This document shows, one piece after another, positions 13,408-21,666 of a stretch of DNA of 64,000 nt (positions within the stretch are counted from its first letter, which is position 1; every line of letters starts with the position of its first letter). The stretch spans positions 494,197-558,196 of the forward strand of contig OZ252041.1 of assembly GCA_965247995.1 (NCBI GenBank). Reading direction: 5' to 3'. A program made the position numbers and the translations under genes. The notes below the pieces were generated by a model, which saw only the letters and a program-made list of their open reading frames with translations, searched no databases and was not told the origin of the DNA. This DNA is from Dehalococcoidia bacterium. GTDB taxonomy: Bacteria; Chloroflexota; Dehalococcoidia; UBA6926.

Positions 13408-13893
13408 TTAGCCCGTTGGAACGGTACGTTCGAGGCGCGACAGTCCTTCCAGCAAAGCACTCAATCCCGTTCGCGCGTGCGCGACCTCGGCGTCGGTGAG
13501 CGCACTGAACCGCTCCTCCCACTCACTCCGACGCAGATACAACAACCGCTCCACAAGGTCTTGCCCCTCCGCAGCCAGCCGCACCACCACCGATCGGCGG
13601 TCTTCTGGGTCGACCCACCGTTCCACCAAGTGTTTCTCCACTAGGCGGTCCACAAGGCCCGTGGCGCTCGAGAGTGATACGCCCAACTGCGACGCCAGGG
13701 TCCCCATACGGGACTCCCCCTCTCGCAGCAGGGCGAACAATGTCCGTACCTGCGGCATCGTCAGTTCCAGCCGGAACCATTCCTCCGGGATCCGCGATCG
13801 CAACGCGCGGAGCACAGACTCCAACTCCACGACCAGGCCTTGTATCGAGTCGGAAGCCGCCCGCTGGTCTCGCTCCGAAGAGTTTATCGTCAT
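13408..13893 (-). CDS. MarR-family transcriptional regulator
   Basis: 161 aa with the winged-HTH pattern LTMPQVRTLFALLREGESRMGTLASQLGVSLSSATGLVDRLVEKHLVER; first gene of a MarR-MFS-MFS operon. Confidence 0.75.
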   Translation of the reverse strand: MTINSSERDQRAASDSIQGLVVELESVLRALRSRIPEEWFRLELTMPQVRTLFALLREGESRMGTLASQLGVSLSSATGLVDRLVEKHLVERWVDPEDRRSVVVRLAAEGQDLVERLLYLRRSEWEERFSALTDAEVAHARTGLSALLEGLSRLERTVPTG

Positions 13894-14042
13894 GGGATAG
13901 TTCCCTCACCAGGAACACTTCACATCACATGAATTATCAATGCCAACGAACAGCCTGTCAATCGGCTCGCTCAGGTTGGTACCATCTCCCAGTGCGGCGC
14001 GCCATCCCGGTTCCCCGCGCGACTCTATCTCCAGGAGCGTGA

Positions 14043-14501
14043 ATGGCCATCCAAAGGACCCTGATTCTCGTCAAGCCGGACGCGATGCAGCGCGGCCTCG
14101 CCGGCGAAATCCTCGCCCGGCTCGAGCGCCGCGGCCTCAAGATCATCGGTGCCCGTCTCGTCCAGGCAGACCGCGCGCTGGCCGAGCAGCACTACGCCGA
14201 GCACGTCGGCAAGGGGTTTTACGAAGGTCTGGTTGCCTTCATCACATCGGTGCCCGTCCTCGCCCTCGTGTTCGAGGGTGACCGGGCGATAGAGATCGCT
14301 CGCCAGAGCATGGGCGCAACCGACCCCGCGAAAGCAGCTCCGGGTACGATCCGAGGTGACTTCGGCCTAACCGTAGGCCGAAACCTCGTCCACGGTTCCG
14401 ACTCGCCGGAGCGCGGCGAACAGGAAATCGCCCTATGGTTCCCCGCGGGCGACCTCGCCGATTACCCGCGCGACATCGAGCCCTGGCTCATTGAATCCTG
14501 A
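14043..14501 (+). CDS. ndk: Nucleoside diphosphate kinase
   Basis: 152 aa; MAIQRTLILVKPDAMQRGL, GDFG and NLVHGSDS (active-site His) motifs. Confidence 0.9.
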   Translation: MAIQRTLILVKPDAMQRGLAGEILARLERRGLKIIGARLVQADRALAEQHYAEHVGKGFYEGLVAFITSVPVLALVFEGDRAIEIARQSMGATDPAKAAPGTIRGDFGLTVGRNLVHGSDSPERGEQEIALWFPAGDLADYPRDIEPWLIES

Positions 14502-14877
14502 CCAGCGGCACAGCCCGTCGCCACATCTCCTCCAGGCCGTAGAACGCTCGCTCCTCCGGCCCGAAGATGTGCACGATCATGTCGCCGAAGTCCATCAGCA
14601 CCCAGCCGGCATCGGCCTCCCCTTCTGTGTGAGACACCGGGTGACCACCGGCCCGCAGCGACTTCCCGATCTCTTCCTCGATCGCTTTGACTTGGCGCTT
14701 CGTCTCCGCGGAGAGGAGCACGAAGGCGTCCGCGTACGAGCAGATTCCTCGCACGTCCAAAAGCAGCACGTCCTGCGCTCCCCGGTCCACGGCGATATCG
14801 ACCACGTGACGCGCGACGCCGATAGCGTCGTGGGCGCGGATTTCGCTCTCGGTTCGCTCAGCCGACATCAATTCCAT
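14488..14877 (-). CDS. rsfS: Ribosome silencing factor RsfS (Iojap)
   Basis: 129 aa; core DVLLLDVRGICSYADAFVLLSAETKRQVKAI...GWVLMDFGDMIVHIF is typical of RsfS. Confidence 0.75.
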   Translation of the reverse strand: MELMSAERTESEIRAHDAIGVARHVVDIAVDRGAQDVLLLDVRGICSYADAFVLLSAETKRQVKAIEEEIGKSLRAGGHPVSHTEGEADAGWVLMDFGDMIVHIFGPEERAFYGLEEMWRRAVPLVRIQ

Positions 14878-14905
14878 TCTACTTCGAGACCGTTCTCTTG
14901 CTGCG

Positions 14906-15775
14906 GTGCGTCACGTGGATGACGCTACGCTCGCCATCGCACTCGCGTTGGGTGCGTTGGTCGTGGGTGCAATCGCCGATTTGCTCTACCGCGTTGGCCA
15001 GACCCGCGGCATAGACACGGGCGTCTTCCTTTTCTGGCAGTCGACGATCTTTACCACCGGGATTTGGATCGGGTCCATCGCAACGGGCCAAGTCAACGAC
15101 ATCATTACCTCCACTTGGATTTGGGGGCTCCCCGGCGGGCTGCTCAGTTACATCGGCCTCTACCTATTTGTCCTCAGCCTCCGGAACGGCGACGCCAGCG
15201 TCAACGCACCCGTGTTCCGCCTCAACTTCGTCGTGGCCGCCGCGGGCGGGATCCTGCTTCTAAACGAAACAGCCTCACTTGCCAAGACCGTTGGTATCCT
15301 CCTCGCCGTCCTCAGCGTCCTCTCTCTCCTCAACCTTCGCGCGATCAAGGAAGGGGGGAGCGCTCGCCAATCTCTGATCACTGTGGTCGCCGCATCGTTA
15401 CTCTTCGGTTCCGTCGGCGTGCTCGCGAAGCAAGCGTTGAACGAAGGGAGCACCGCTGTGCCGTTGATCCTCACGCAGACGGTCGCCTTCCAGTCCTGCG
15501 CGGTCCTCTATGTCCTCTTCACGCGCCGCTGGCGCCCCAATACGCCGACGGTCCGCTACGCGCCGCCGATCAGCCTCCTCCAACTCGTCTGGTCGATCTT
15601 GCTGTTCCAAGCGCTGGCGCTCGGCGACGCCAGCGTCATCTACCCCGTCGTTCAACTCAGTTTCGTCGTAACCGCAGTCTTGGCCGTCGCGTTCTTGAAA
15701 GAGGCCATTACGCGGACCAAAGCTGGCGGACTGGCCCTCGCCGTGCTCGCCGTGGCAGCCCTGGCCCTCGCTTGA
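14906..15775 (+). CDS. EamA/DMT-family membrane transporter
   Basis: 289 aa, about 10 TM helices with a duplicated EamA-like architecture; GTG start, and 14915 is an alternative. Confidence 0.55.
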   Translation: MRHVDDATLAIALALGALVVGAIADLLYRVGQTRGIDTGVFLFWQSTIFTTGIWIGSIATGQVNDIITSTWIWGLPGGLLSYIGLYLFVLSLRNGDASVNAPVFRLNFVVAAAGGILLLNETASLAKTVGILLAVLSVLSLLNLRAIKEGGSARQSLITVVAASLLFGSVGVLAKQALNEGSTAVPLILTQTVAFQSCAVLYVLFTRRWRPNTPTVRYAPPISLLQLVWSILLFQALALGDASVIYPVVQLSFVVTAVLAVAFLKEAITRTKAGGLALAVLAVAALALA

Positions 15776-15842
15776 CTGGATTCCCCCACACGCCCTCAGC
15801 GTCTGGTTTCCAGATAGGCGATCCGGTATTCTGACCCTCGGT

Positions 15843-16952
15843 GTGAGCAACAAGAATCGGGTTGTCGTAGCGATGAGCGGGGGTGTTGACTCCTCGGTCG
15901 CCGCGTACCTGCTCACCAGACAGGGATACGACGTCGTCGGCGTCACCATGCGGCTCTGGAGCGACGAAGTCGCCGGAGCGTCGTCTCACAATCGTAGTTG
16001 CTGCTCCGTCGAGGATGCACTCGATGCGAAGCGCGTCGCTCAACTCCTCGGCATTCCTCATTATGTCTTGAACTTCGAACAGGAGTTCAAGACCCACGTG
16101 ATGGACTACTTCGTTCAGGAGTACCGGCGCGGACGCACACCGCACCCCTGTATCGCCTGCAACGACAAGATCAAGTTTGCGTTCTTCCTTCAGCGCGCCC
16201 TGTCCTTTGACGCAGACATGATCGCCACCGGACACTACGCGCGACGGGCGGACGGGCCCGGTGGGTCGCGGCTGCTCAAGGCCGTGGATCAGTCCAAGGA
16301 CCAGACCTACGTCCTATATGGATTGAATTCTGACGAGATCGCCCGGTCAATGTTTCCGATCGGTGACCTTCAGAAATCAGCCGTGCGCGAGATCGCCCAC
16401 GAGTTGTCCCTTCCGACAGCTGACAAGCCAGATAGCCAGGAGATCTGTTTCGTCCCGCAGGGCGACTATCGTTCCTTCCTTGCCGCTGAAGTGCCCGTCA
16501 CGCCGGGACCAATCATCGACCTCGACGGCAAACAGGTCGGGGTCCACGCGGGTGTGAGCGGCTACACGGTTGGCCAGCGCAAAGGTCTACCACCCAGCCA
16601 CGGTGGACGGCGCCTCTACGTCGTTTCCCTCGACGCGGCCGAGAATACGGTGTTCGTCGGGCCCGAAGACTCGCTCTATGCGACCGGGCTCCGCGCGTCA
16701 GGCGCCAACTTCCAGATCAAACCTGATGAGGTCTTCACCGGGCCTGCTACGGTCAAAATCAGGTACAAGTCACCCGAAGTCGGCGCTTCGGTCTCGCCGT
16801 TGAACGGTGACGGGACATTCCAGGTACTGTTCAATGAGCCGCAACGTGCCGTGACCCCAGGTCAAGCCGTCGTCATCTATCGTGGGGACGAGATGGTCGG
16901 CGGTGGGGTCGTCGACGAGGCCATCACGGAGGTTCAAACAGCCGCTGGCTAG
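15843..16952 (+). CDS. mnmA: tRNA-specific 2-thiouridylase MnmA
   Basis: PP-loop VVVAMSGGVDSSVAAYLL; catalytic Cys region HPCIACNDKIKF; GHYAR motif; GTG start. Confidence 0.85.
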   Translation: MSNKNRVVVAMSGGVDSSVAAYLLTRQGYDVVGVTMRLWSDEVAGASSHNRSCCSVEDALDAKRVAQLLGIPHYVLNFEQEFKTHVMDYFVQEYRRGRTPHPCIACNDKIKFAFFLQRALSFDADMIATGHYARRADGPGGSRLLKAVDQSKDQTYVLYGLNSDEIARSMFPIGDLQKSAVREIAHELSLPTADKPDSQEICFVPQGDYRSFLAAEVPVTPGPIIDLDGKQVGVHAGVSGYTVGQRKGLPPSHGGRRLYVVSLDAAENTVFVGPEDSLYATGLRASGANFQIKPDEVFTGPATVKIRYKSPEVGASVSPLNGDGTFQVLFNEPQRAVTPGQAVVIYRGDEMVGGGVVDEAITEVQTAAG

Positions 16953-16981
16953 ATGAGGGTCTGCTCAGGGGGGGAGACGAT

Positions 16982-17584
16982 ATGTCGATCATCGCGGTGT
17001 CGCTCGCGACCCGGAACTTGCTTCGTAGGCGCGGATTCTTCGAGGAAGACACGCAGGGATTTGACGGTTTCGCACCCGCCGATTTCCTATCCGGCGCCTT
17101 CCAGAGATGCCATCGCACCATCCTGCAGGCCGTCGAGCCGCTCACGGAAGCAGAGATGTCCTGGAAACCCTACGCAGGTGCCGGGTCCGCCGGCTTCGTC
17201 GTGTGGCACATTGCCCGCGCGCAAGATGCGCTCGTTCATCGGCAACTGCTCGACAAACCCGAGCTTTGGGTCACACAAGGGTGGGCCCAGCAGTTCGGAC
17301 TGCCAATCGACGAGACCGGACAGGACTACGCTGAAGACCAACTTGCGACCTTCCAAGAACCACCCAAAACCGAGCTCTTGGACTACCTCGCGGCCACGTA
17401 CCGCGCACTCCAGCGGGCCATCGACCATCTCGGGCCCAGCGGGTTGAACCCGGCAACCGAACGCGGGCTTGAGCGTGTCCGATACCTGGTGGTGCTCACC
17501 AATCACGCCAATATGCACGCGGGCGCGATCAACTACATCCGCGATATCCTCGCGGCGTCACGAGGTGCCAGAGCCGAATTCTGA
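16982..17584 (+). CDS. DinB/YfiT-like (DinB_2) metal-dependent hydrolase family protein
   Basis: 200 aa with a His-containing four-helix-bundle signature (WHIARAQDALVH ... NHANMHAGAINYIRDIL). Confidence 0.5.
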   Translation: MSIIAVSLATRNLLRRRGFFEEDTQGFDGFAPADFLSGAFQRCHRTILQAVEPLTEAEMSWKPYAGAGSAGFVVWHIARAQDALVHRQLLDKPELWVTQGWAQQFGLPIDETGQDYAEDQLATFQEPPKTELLDYLAATYRALQRAIDHLGPSGLNPATERGLERVRYLVVLTNHANMHAGAINYIRDILAASRGARAEF

Positions 17585-17598
17585 GTTCAACGGCCCCC

Positions 17599-18291
17599 GT
17601 GTCACCTGCCCGTCAACGTGAACAACAACCTCCCACGCGGCAAGTCCACCCGACGTTCGCCGAGGAGCGAGGACTCCGCGAGAGTGGCTTCGTTTCCATT
17701 GCCGGCGTGGACGAAGTCGGACGGGGCGCTTTGGCTGGTCCCGTCGCTGCAGCTGCTGTTGTGCTGCCTCAACGCTCGCTCGAATGGTTCGACGACGTCC
17801 GCGACAGCAAGCAACTCCCACCTGCGTCCCGGGAAGCACTGGCCGACCTTATTCTCATTCATGCAGCAGTCGGCCTCGCTATGGTCCCTGCGGCACGCGT
17901 AGACGCAGACGGCATCGTTTCAGCGACACGAAGGGCAATGTCGCAAGCCGTTCGCACGCTCGGATCCGGTGTAGACGCGGTGTTGATCGATGCGATGACT
18001 GTCCCGGGCCTGCCAGTACGGCAGGTCCCGCTGGTCCATGGCGACCAACGGTCCCTTTCCATCGCCTGCGCTGCCATCGTGGCCAAAGTGTCGCGCGATC
18101 GCCTCTTGTCCCAAATACACGAACAGTATCCGCAGTACGGATTCGACCGGAACAAGGGTTACGGGACGGAGGAACATCGGAGCGCCCTCGCACGCTATGG
18201 CCCGTCACCGCTCCATCGAATGAGTTTCTTGACCAAACTGGAACACGAGCCGACGGAGGGATCCTTGACACCAGACGAGCCCCATCAATAG
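17599..18291 (+). CDS. rnhB: Ribonuclease HII
   Basis: Catalytic N-terminal motif IAGVDEVGRGALAGPV; C-terminal GYGTEEHRSALARYGPSPLHRMSF. Uses a GTG start; a downstream start is possible. Confidence 0.8.
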   Translation: MSPARQREQQPPTRQVHPTFAEERGLRESGFVSIAGVDEVGRGALAGPVAAAAVVLPQRSLEWFDDVRDSKQLPPASREALADLILIHAAVGLAMVPAARVDADGIVSATRRAMSQAVRTLGSGVDAVLIDAMTVPGLPVRQVPLVHGDQRSLSIACAAIVAKVSRDRLLSQIHEQYPQYGFDRNKGYGTEEHRSALARYGPSPLHRMSFLTKLEHEPTEGSLTPDEPHQ

Positions 18292-18598
18292 CATGACGGC
18301 GACTCTAATGTCCGCGACAGACGAGCTCGCTTCCGCGCGAGCGCATAAGGAACCCGAGACCCGGCAGCGAGTCGACCGGAACCTATGACGCCGCTCGCGG
18401 ACCAACCTCCATCGCGGAGGCCGGGTCATTCCGGCCCTCTACCCACGGCGCGACTCCCTGCCCCAGCGACACCCGCTAAACCGTTGAGTCGACACGCGTA
18501 AACGCTTTGCGGAAGACGATGGATCCCTCAGAACCTCCAAGACCGGGACTTCACTGTTCCTTCACGTCCCTCCGGACCCTGTGCCGAGGTAGCTGACC

Positions 18599-19915
18599 GT
18601 GTCCGCCTCCGCGTTCCTCCTCGTTCCAGTCGCTTTCGTCGCACTCGGCCTTGCCATTGTCTTCGTTTCGGCCAGTGCCGCGTTTTCACGCCTCCGGGAC
18701 GATCGGATAGAGCGGCTCGTCCAGCGCCGCGTGGACGGTGCCCGACGCCTTGCTTCCCTCGCCAACAGGCGCGAATCCCTCGAGATGGCGCTCCTCATCG
18801 TCCGCGGCGCAACCACCGCCACCTTCGCCATCACCGCGTACGCAGTAACGTTGCGCCTCACCCCCATGGAGTGGTTCGAAGTGCCGTTGGGCATTGCAGT
18901 GGCAGTGGGCGGAGTCGTGCTCGCACAGGCAGCCGGAGGGGTGTGGGCAACATCCGACCCGGAGAAAACCGCCCTTAAGTTAGCTCCCGTCGGAGCGGTC
19001 TCGCTCGCCATCTTCAGGGTCCCAGCGAACGCCCTTCTCACGCTGTACCGACCGCTCACACATCGCCTGGTGCACGGCCGGAATGGCGCCGCGTCCAACG
19101 CCAGCAGGCAGGACACGGGCAGCGACGACGCTGGCACAGACACATTCGCCGAGGTCCTCACCGATACCGACGAGGAGCTCGAACGCAGGATCAACCGTGG
19201 CGTCTTGAACCTAGAATCGATGGCGGTTCGGGAGATAATGATCCCCAGGCCGGATATCATCGGGATCTCTACCGACGATGATCTCAATAGCGCCGTGGAG
19301 CTCGTGAACAACGCTGGTTTCAGCCGGCTCCCTCTCTACCACGAGACTCTTGATGAAATCCGAGGTGTCCTCTACGCCAAGGACCTCCTTGCCGCCATGC
19401 ACCGGGCGCCCGAGAACGGCAACAGACTCGAATCCTTGGCGCGGTCAGCCTATCTGGTTCCCGAGACCAAGCGACTCGGTGACCTGCTTCGCGACTTCCA
19501 GGAACGGCGCGTCCACATCGCGCTCGTCGTCGACGAGTACGGCAGTATCGTCGGCCTAGTCACGAACGAAGACGTCCTGGAGGAGCTCGTCGGCGAGATC
19601 GATGACGAGTTCACGGCCAGCGAGCAGCTCATCGAGTCCCACGGCCCGGGCGAAGCCATCGTCGACGCCCGCGCGCCGCTCAAGTCGGTCGGTGAGGCGT
19701 TTGGAATCGAGTTCGAGGCGGAGGGCTTCGACACACTCGGCGGTCTGATCTTCCACAAGCTCGGACGCATCCCCACCGTCGGTGAGACCGTCACGGAGGA
19801 CGGCGTGACGCTCAAGGTGCTGTCGACCGCCGGCCGCCGCATACGCCGCGTGCAGGTCACGAGCGACTGGGCATCACCCCGAGGTACACACGCATCAGGA
19901 CGGGATCCGGCATAG
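18599..19915 (+). CDS. CNNM/HlyC-CorC family protein (DUF21 membrane domain + CBS pair + CorC_HlyC)
   Basis: 438 aa; N-terminal TM helices; CBS region LESMAVREIMIPRPDI...; C-terminal transporter-associated domain; GTG start behind a GAGG RBS. Confidence 0.7.
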   Translation: MSASAFLLVPVAFVALGLAIVFVSASAAFSRLRDDRIERLVQRRVDGARRLASLANRRESLEMALLIVRGATTATFAITAYAVTLRLTPMEWFEVPLGIAVAVGGVVLAQAAGGVWATSDPEKTALKLAPVGAVSLAIFRVPANALLTLYRPLTHRLVHGRNGAASNASRQDTGSDDAGTDTFAEVLTDTDEELERRINRGVLNLESMAVREIMIPRPDIIGISTDDDLNSAVELVNNAGFSRLPLYHETLDEIRGVLYAKDLLAAMHRAPENGNRLESLARSAYLVPETKRLGDLLRDFQERRVHIALVVDEYGSIVGLVTNEDVLEELVGEIDDEFTASEQLIESHGPGEAIVDARAPLKSVGEAFGIEFEAEGFDTLGGLIFHKLGRIPTVGETVTEDGVTLKVLSTAGRRIRRVQVTSDWASPRGTHASGRDPA

Positions 19916-19954
19916 CAATCACGCTCGAACCCAGACGCCACGGGTTCGACCAAG

Positions 19955-19984
19955 CAAAAGGCCCGCCGGATGGCGGGCCTTTCT
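19955..19984. terminator. Bidirectional rho-independent terminator between convergent genes
   Basis: AAAGGCCCGCC-GGAT-GGCGGGCCTTT perfect hairpin flanked by A/T runs. Confidence 0.65.
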
Positions 19985-20016
19985 CGCACTTGCTGAAACC
20001 AGTGTTGCGAATAGCG

Positions 20017-20649
20017 CTACTTCTCTACGTCCGGTGGCGGAACCTCGTCTGCGGCCCGCACCCACAGCGCAGCACTTGCAACTGTCGGCCCGGACCTGTC
20101 GCTCGGGACTCGCTCACCCATGATCCGCACGGTGTAGATCCCAGGCTCAAGATCCATCGGGATCGCAGGCCGTTCGGCCGATCCAAGCGTCAAAACGAGA
20201 GCACCTTTCGCGTTTACCTGGCTCGTGCCCATTACGTAGTCTTGGGCGGGGCCAAACGCCTCAGTGATCATCGCCGTCACGTTGTCTCGACGTAGGAAAC
20301 CGGACAGCACGACCGTTACCGTCTCCGATCCCGGCACGTACACATCTGTCATAGCGATCATCGCCGCAGCCTCAGACGCTGCAGCATCTTCACCCGGGGC
20401 GCCATCGGCGCCATCCATCCCGTCAGCACCCGCAGGACCAGCCGAGCCTGTCGCACCAGGCGCGCCAGGCGCACCTGTAGCGCCCCGCGCCCCATCGGCG
20501 CCATCAGCGCCATCAGCGCCTGCTGCCCCATCGGCGCCTGCCGCCCCTTGCGCACCGATTGCCCCTTCGGGCCCAGTGCATGCCGCGATCAGAAACAGGC
20601 CTAGTACAGACAGTCCGAGGGCTTGGAACAATGTCTTGCCTCTGAACAC
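20017..20649 (-). CDS. Collagen-like (Gly-X-Y) repeat lipoprotein, highly acidic
   Basis: GTG start behind a GAGGAGG RBS gives MFRGKTLFQALGLSVLGLFLIAAC (lipobox). This is followed by 20 uninterrupted GXY triplets (GPEGAIGAQGAAGADGAAGADGADGADGARGATGAPGAPGATGSAGPAGADGMDGADGAPGE) and a ~110-aa C-terminal domain. The longer track ORF (to 21075) is spurious because it runs through two tRNA genes. Confidence 0.65.
   Translation of the reverse strand: MFRGKTLFQALGLSVLGLFLIAACTGPEGAIGAQGAAGADGAAGADGADGADGARGATGAPGAPGATGSAGPAGADGMDGADGAPGEDAAASEAAAMIAMTDVYVPGSETVTVVLSGFLRRDNVTAMITEAFGPAQDYVMGTSQVNAKGALVLTLGSAERPAIPMDLEPGIYTVRIMGERVPSDRSGPTVASAALWVRAADEVPPPDVEK
20397..20576. repeat. Triplet-periodic GC-rich tandem repeat encoding the collagen-like GXY tract
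   Basis: Reiterated GGCGCCATC / GGCGCCTGC nonamers. Confidence 0.6.
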
Positions 20650-20846
20650 GCGTTGAGACCTCCTCACTACGATTAGCAATCGAAAGAATATGCCGAATCG
20701 AGCCTCTGCTATCTGCGAGACCCACGCCATAGTAGGGAGCCGCCTCAAACCCGTCAAGTCAGCTCGAGTTGGACGTGCGTCTTCCGTCCACCGGCACCGC
20801 GATTCCGTACGTATAATGCGCCGCGGAGGGGCACCGGCTTCGCACC

Positions 20847-20933
20847 GGAGAGGTGGCCGAGTGGACGAAGGCGCCGTTCTCGAAAAGCGGAGTCCTTTAA
20901 CCGGGACCGTGGGTTCGAATCCCACCCTCTCCG
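20847..20933 (+). tRNA. tRNA-Ser (anticodon CGA)
   Basis: GGAGAGGTGGCCGAGTGG...CCGTT-CTCGAAA-AGCGG anticodon stem-loop, long variable arm, GGGTTCGAATCCCAC T-arm, discriminator G. Confidence 0.8.
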
Positions 20934-20937
20934 CCGC

Positions 20938-21026
20938 GGAGAGGTGCTGGAGTGGCCGAACAGGCACGCCTGGAAAGCGTGTAGGGTCTTCACGGGCCCT
21001 CGCGGGTTCGAATCCCGCCCTCTCCG
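20938..21026 (+). tRNA. tRNA-Ser (anticodon GGA)
   Basis: GGAGAGGTGCTGGAGTGG...CACGC-CTGGAAA-GCGTG anticodon stem-loop, long variable arm, GCGGGTTCGAATCCCGC T-arm; sits 4 nt after the preceding tRNA-Ser. Confidence 0.8.
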
Positions 21027-21184
21027 CCGACCCAGCCCCAAGAATCCCGATCAACTCGCAATGCCTTGTGAGCACTGTCGGTCGAGTGAGTACCGGATAC
21101 CAGCAGTCCGACGGGGCCCCGGCACACGGCCGCCAAACACGTGGCGCAACGCGGAGGCTTGGCTGAGCGTCAGCGTCCTCCGAG

Positions 21185-21634
21185 TCAAGCGTTGGACAAG
21201 CGCCGCATCAGATTCGCCATCTCGATCGCGGCGTTCGCGGCATCCGCCCCCCGGTTCGAACCCTTCGCGCCGGTCCGCGCCATCGCCTGCTCAATCGTGT
21301 CCGTCGTCAGGACACCGAACACCGCAGGCACGCCGGTCTTTGGCCCGATCCGCCCGACGCCCTCCGCGGCCACCTTCGCCACGTAGTCGAAGTGCGCCGT
21401 TTCGCCTCGGATCACCGCGCCCAGACAGATGATTGCTGCATAGCGGCCCGACGTGGCCATCTGCATGGCGACGGTCCCAAGCTCAAACGACCCCGGAACC
21501 CGCACGACATCGATGTCCTCATCTGCGATATCGTGCCCGTCCAGCGCGCCCAGCGCTCCCTCGAGCAACCGGTCCGTAATAAGCTCGTTGAACCGGGCGA
21601 CGACGACTGCTAACCGCATTCCGCCCGCATCCAT
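21185..21634 (-). CDS. ribH: 6,7-dimethyl-8-ribityllumazine synthase
   Basis: MDAGGMRLAVVVARFNELITDRLLEGA...VFGVLTTDTIEQAMARTGAKGSNRGADAA aligns with RibH; start chosen at the internal Met (track ORF extends to 21754). Confidence 0.85.
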   Translation of the reverse strand: MDAGGMRLAVVVARFNELITDRLLEGALGALDGHDIADEDIDVVRVPGSFELGTVAMQMATSGRYAAIICLGAVIRGETAHFDYVAKVAAEGVGRIGPKTGVPAVFGVLTTDTIEQAMARTGAKGSNRGADAANAAIEMANLMRRLSNA

Positions 21635-21666
21635 TGAGGTCTTGATGACGTTCGGCACGGTGAGGC

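Noticed and set aside
20017-21075. 352-aa minus-strand ORF spanning the collagen-like gene and both tRNA-Ser genes
   Set aside because: Its N-terminal third is the antisense translation of two tRNA genes (the repeated 'GFEP' peptides come from the GGTTCGAATCC T-loops). The real CDS starts at the internal GTG (about 20649), which has a strong RBS and a lipoprotein signal peptide.
21601-21662. One-nucleotide discrepancy between my manual indexing and the ORF-track frames around ribH/ribBA
   Set aside because: This is most likely my own counting error rather than a real indel. I kept the track frames for CDS boundaries and flag ±1-2 nt uncertainty on hand-placed features.
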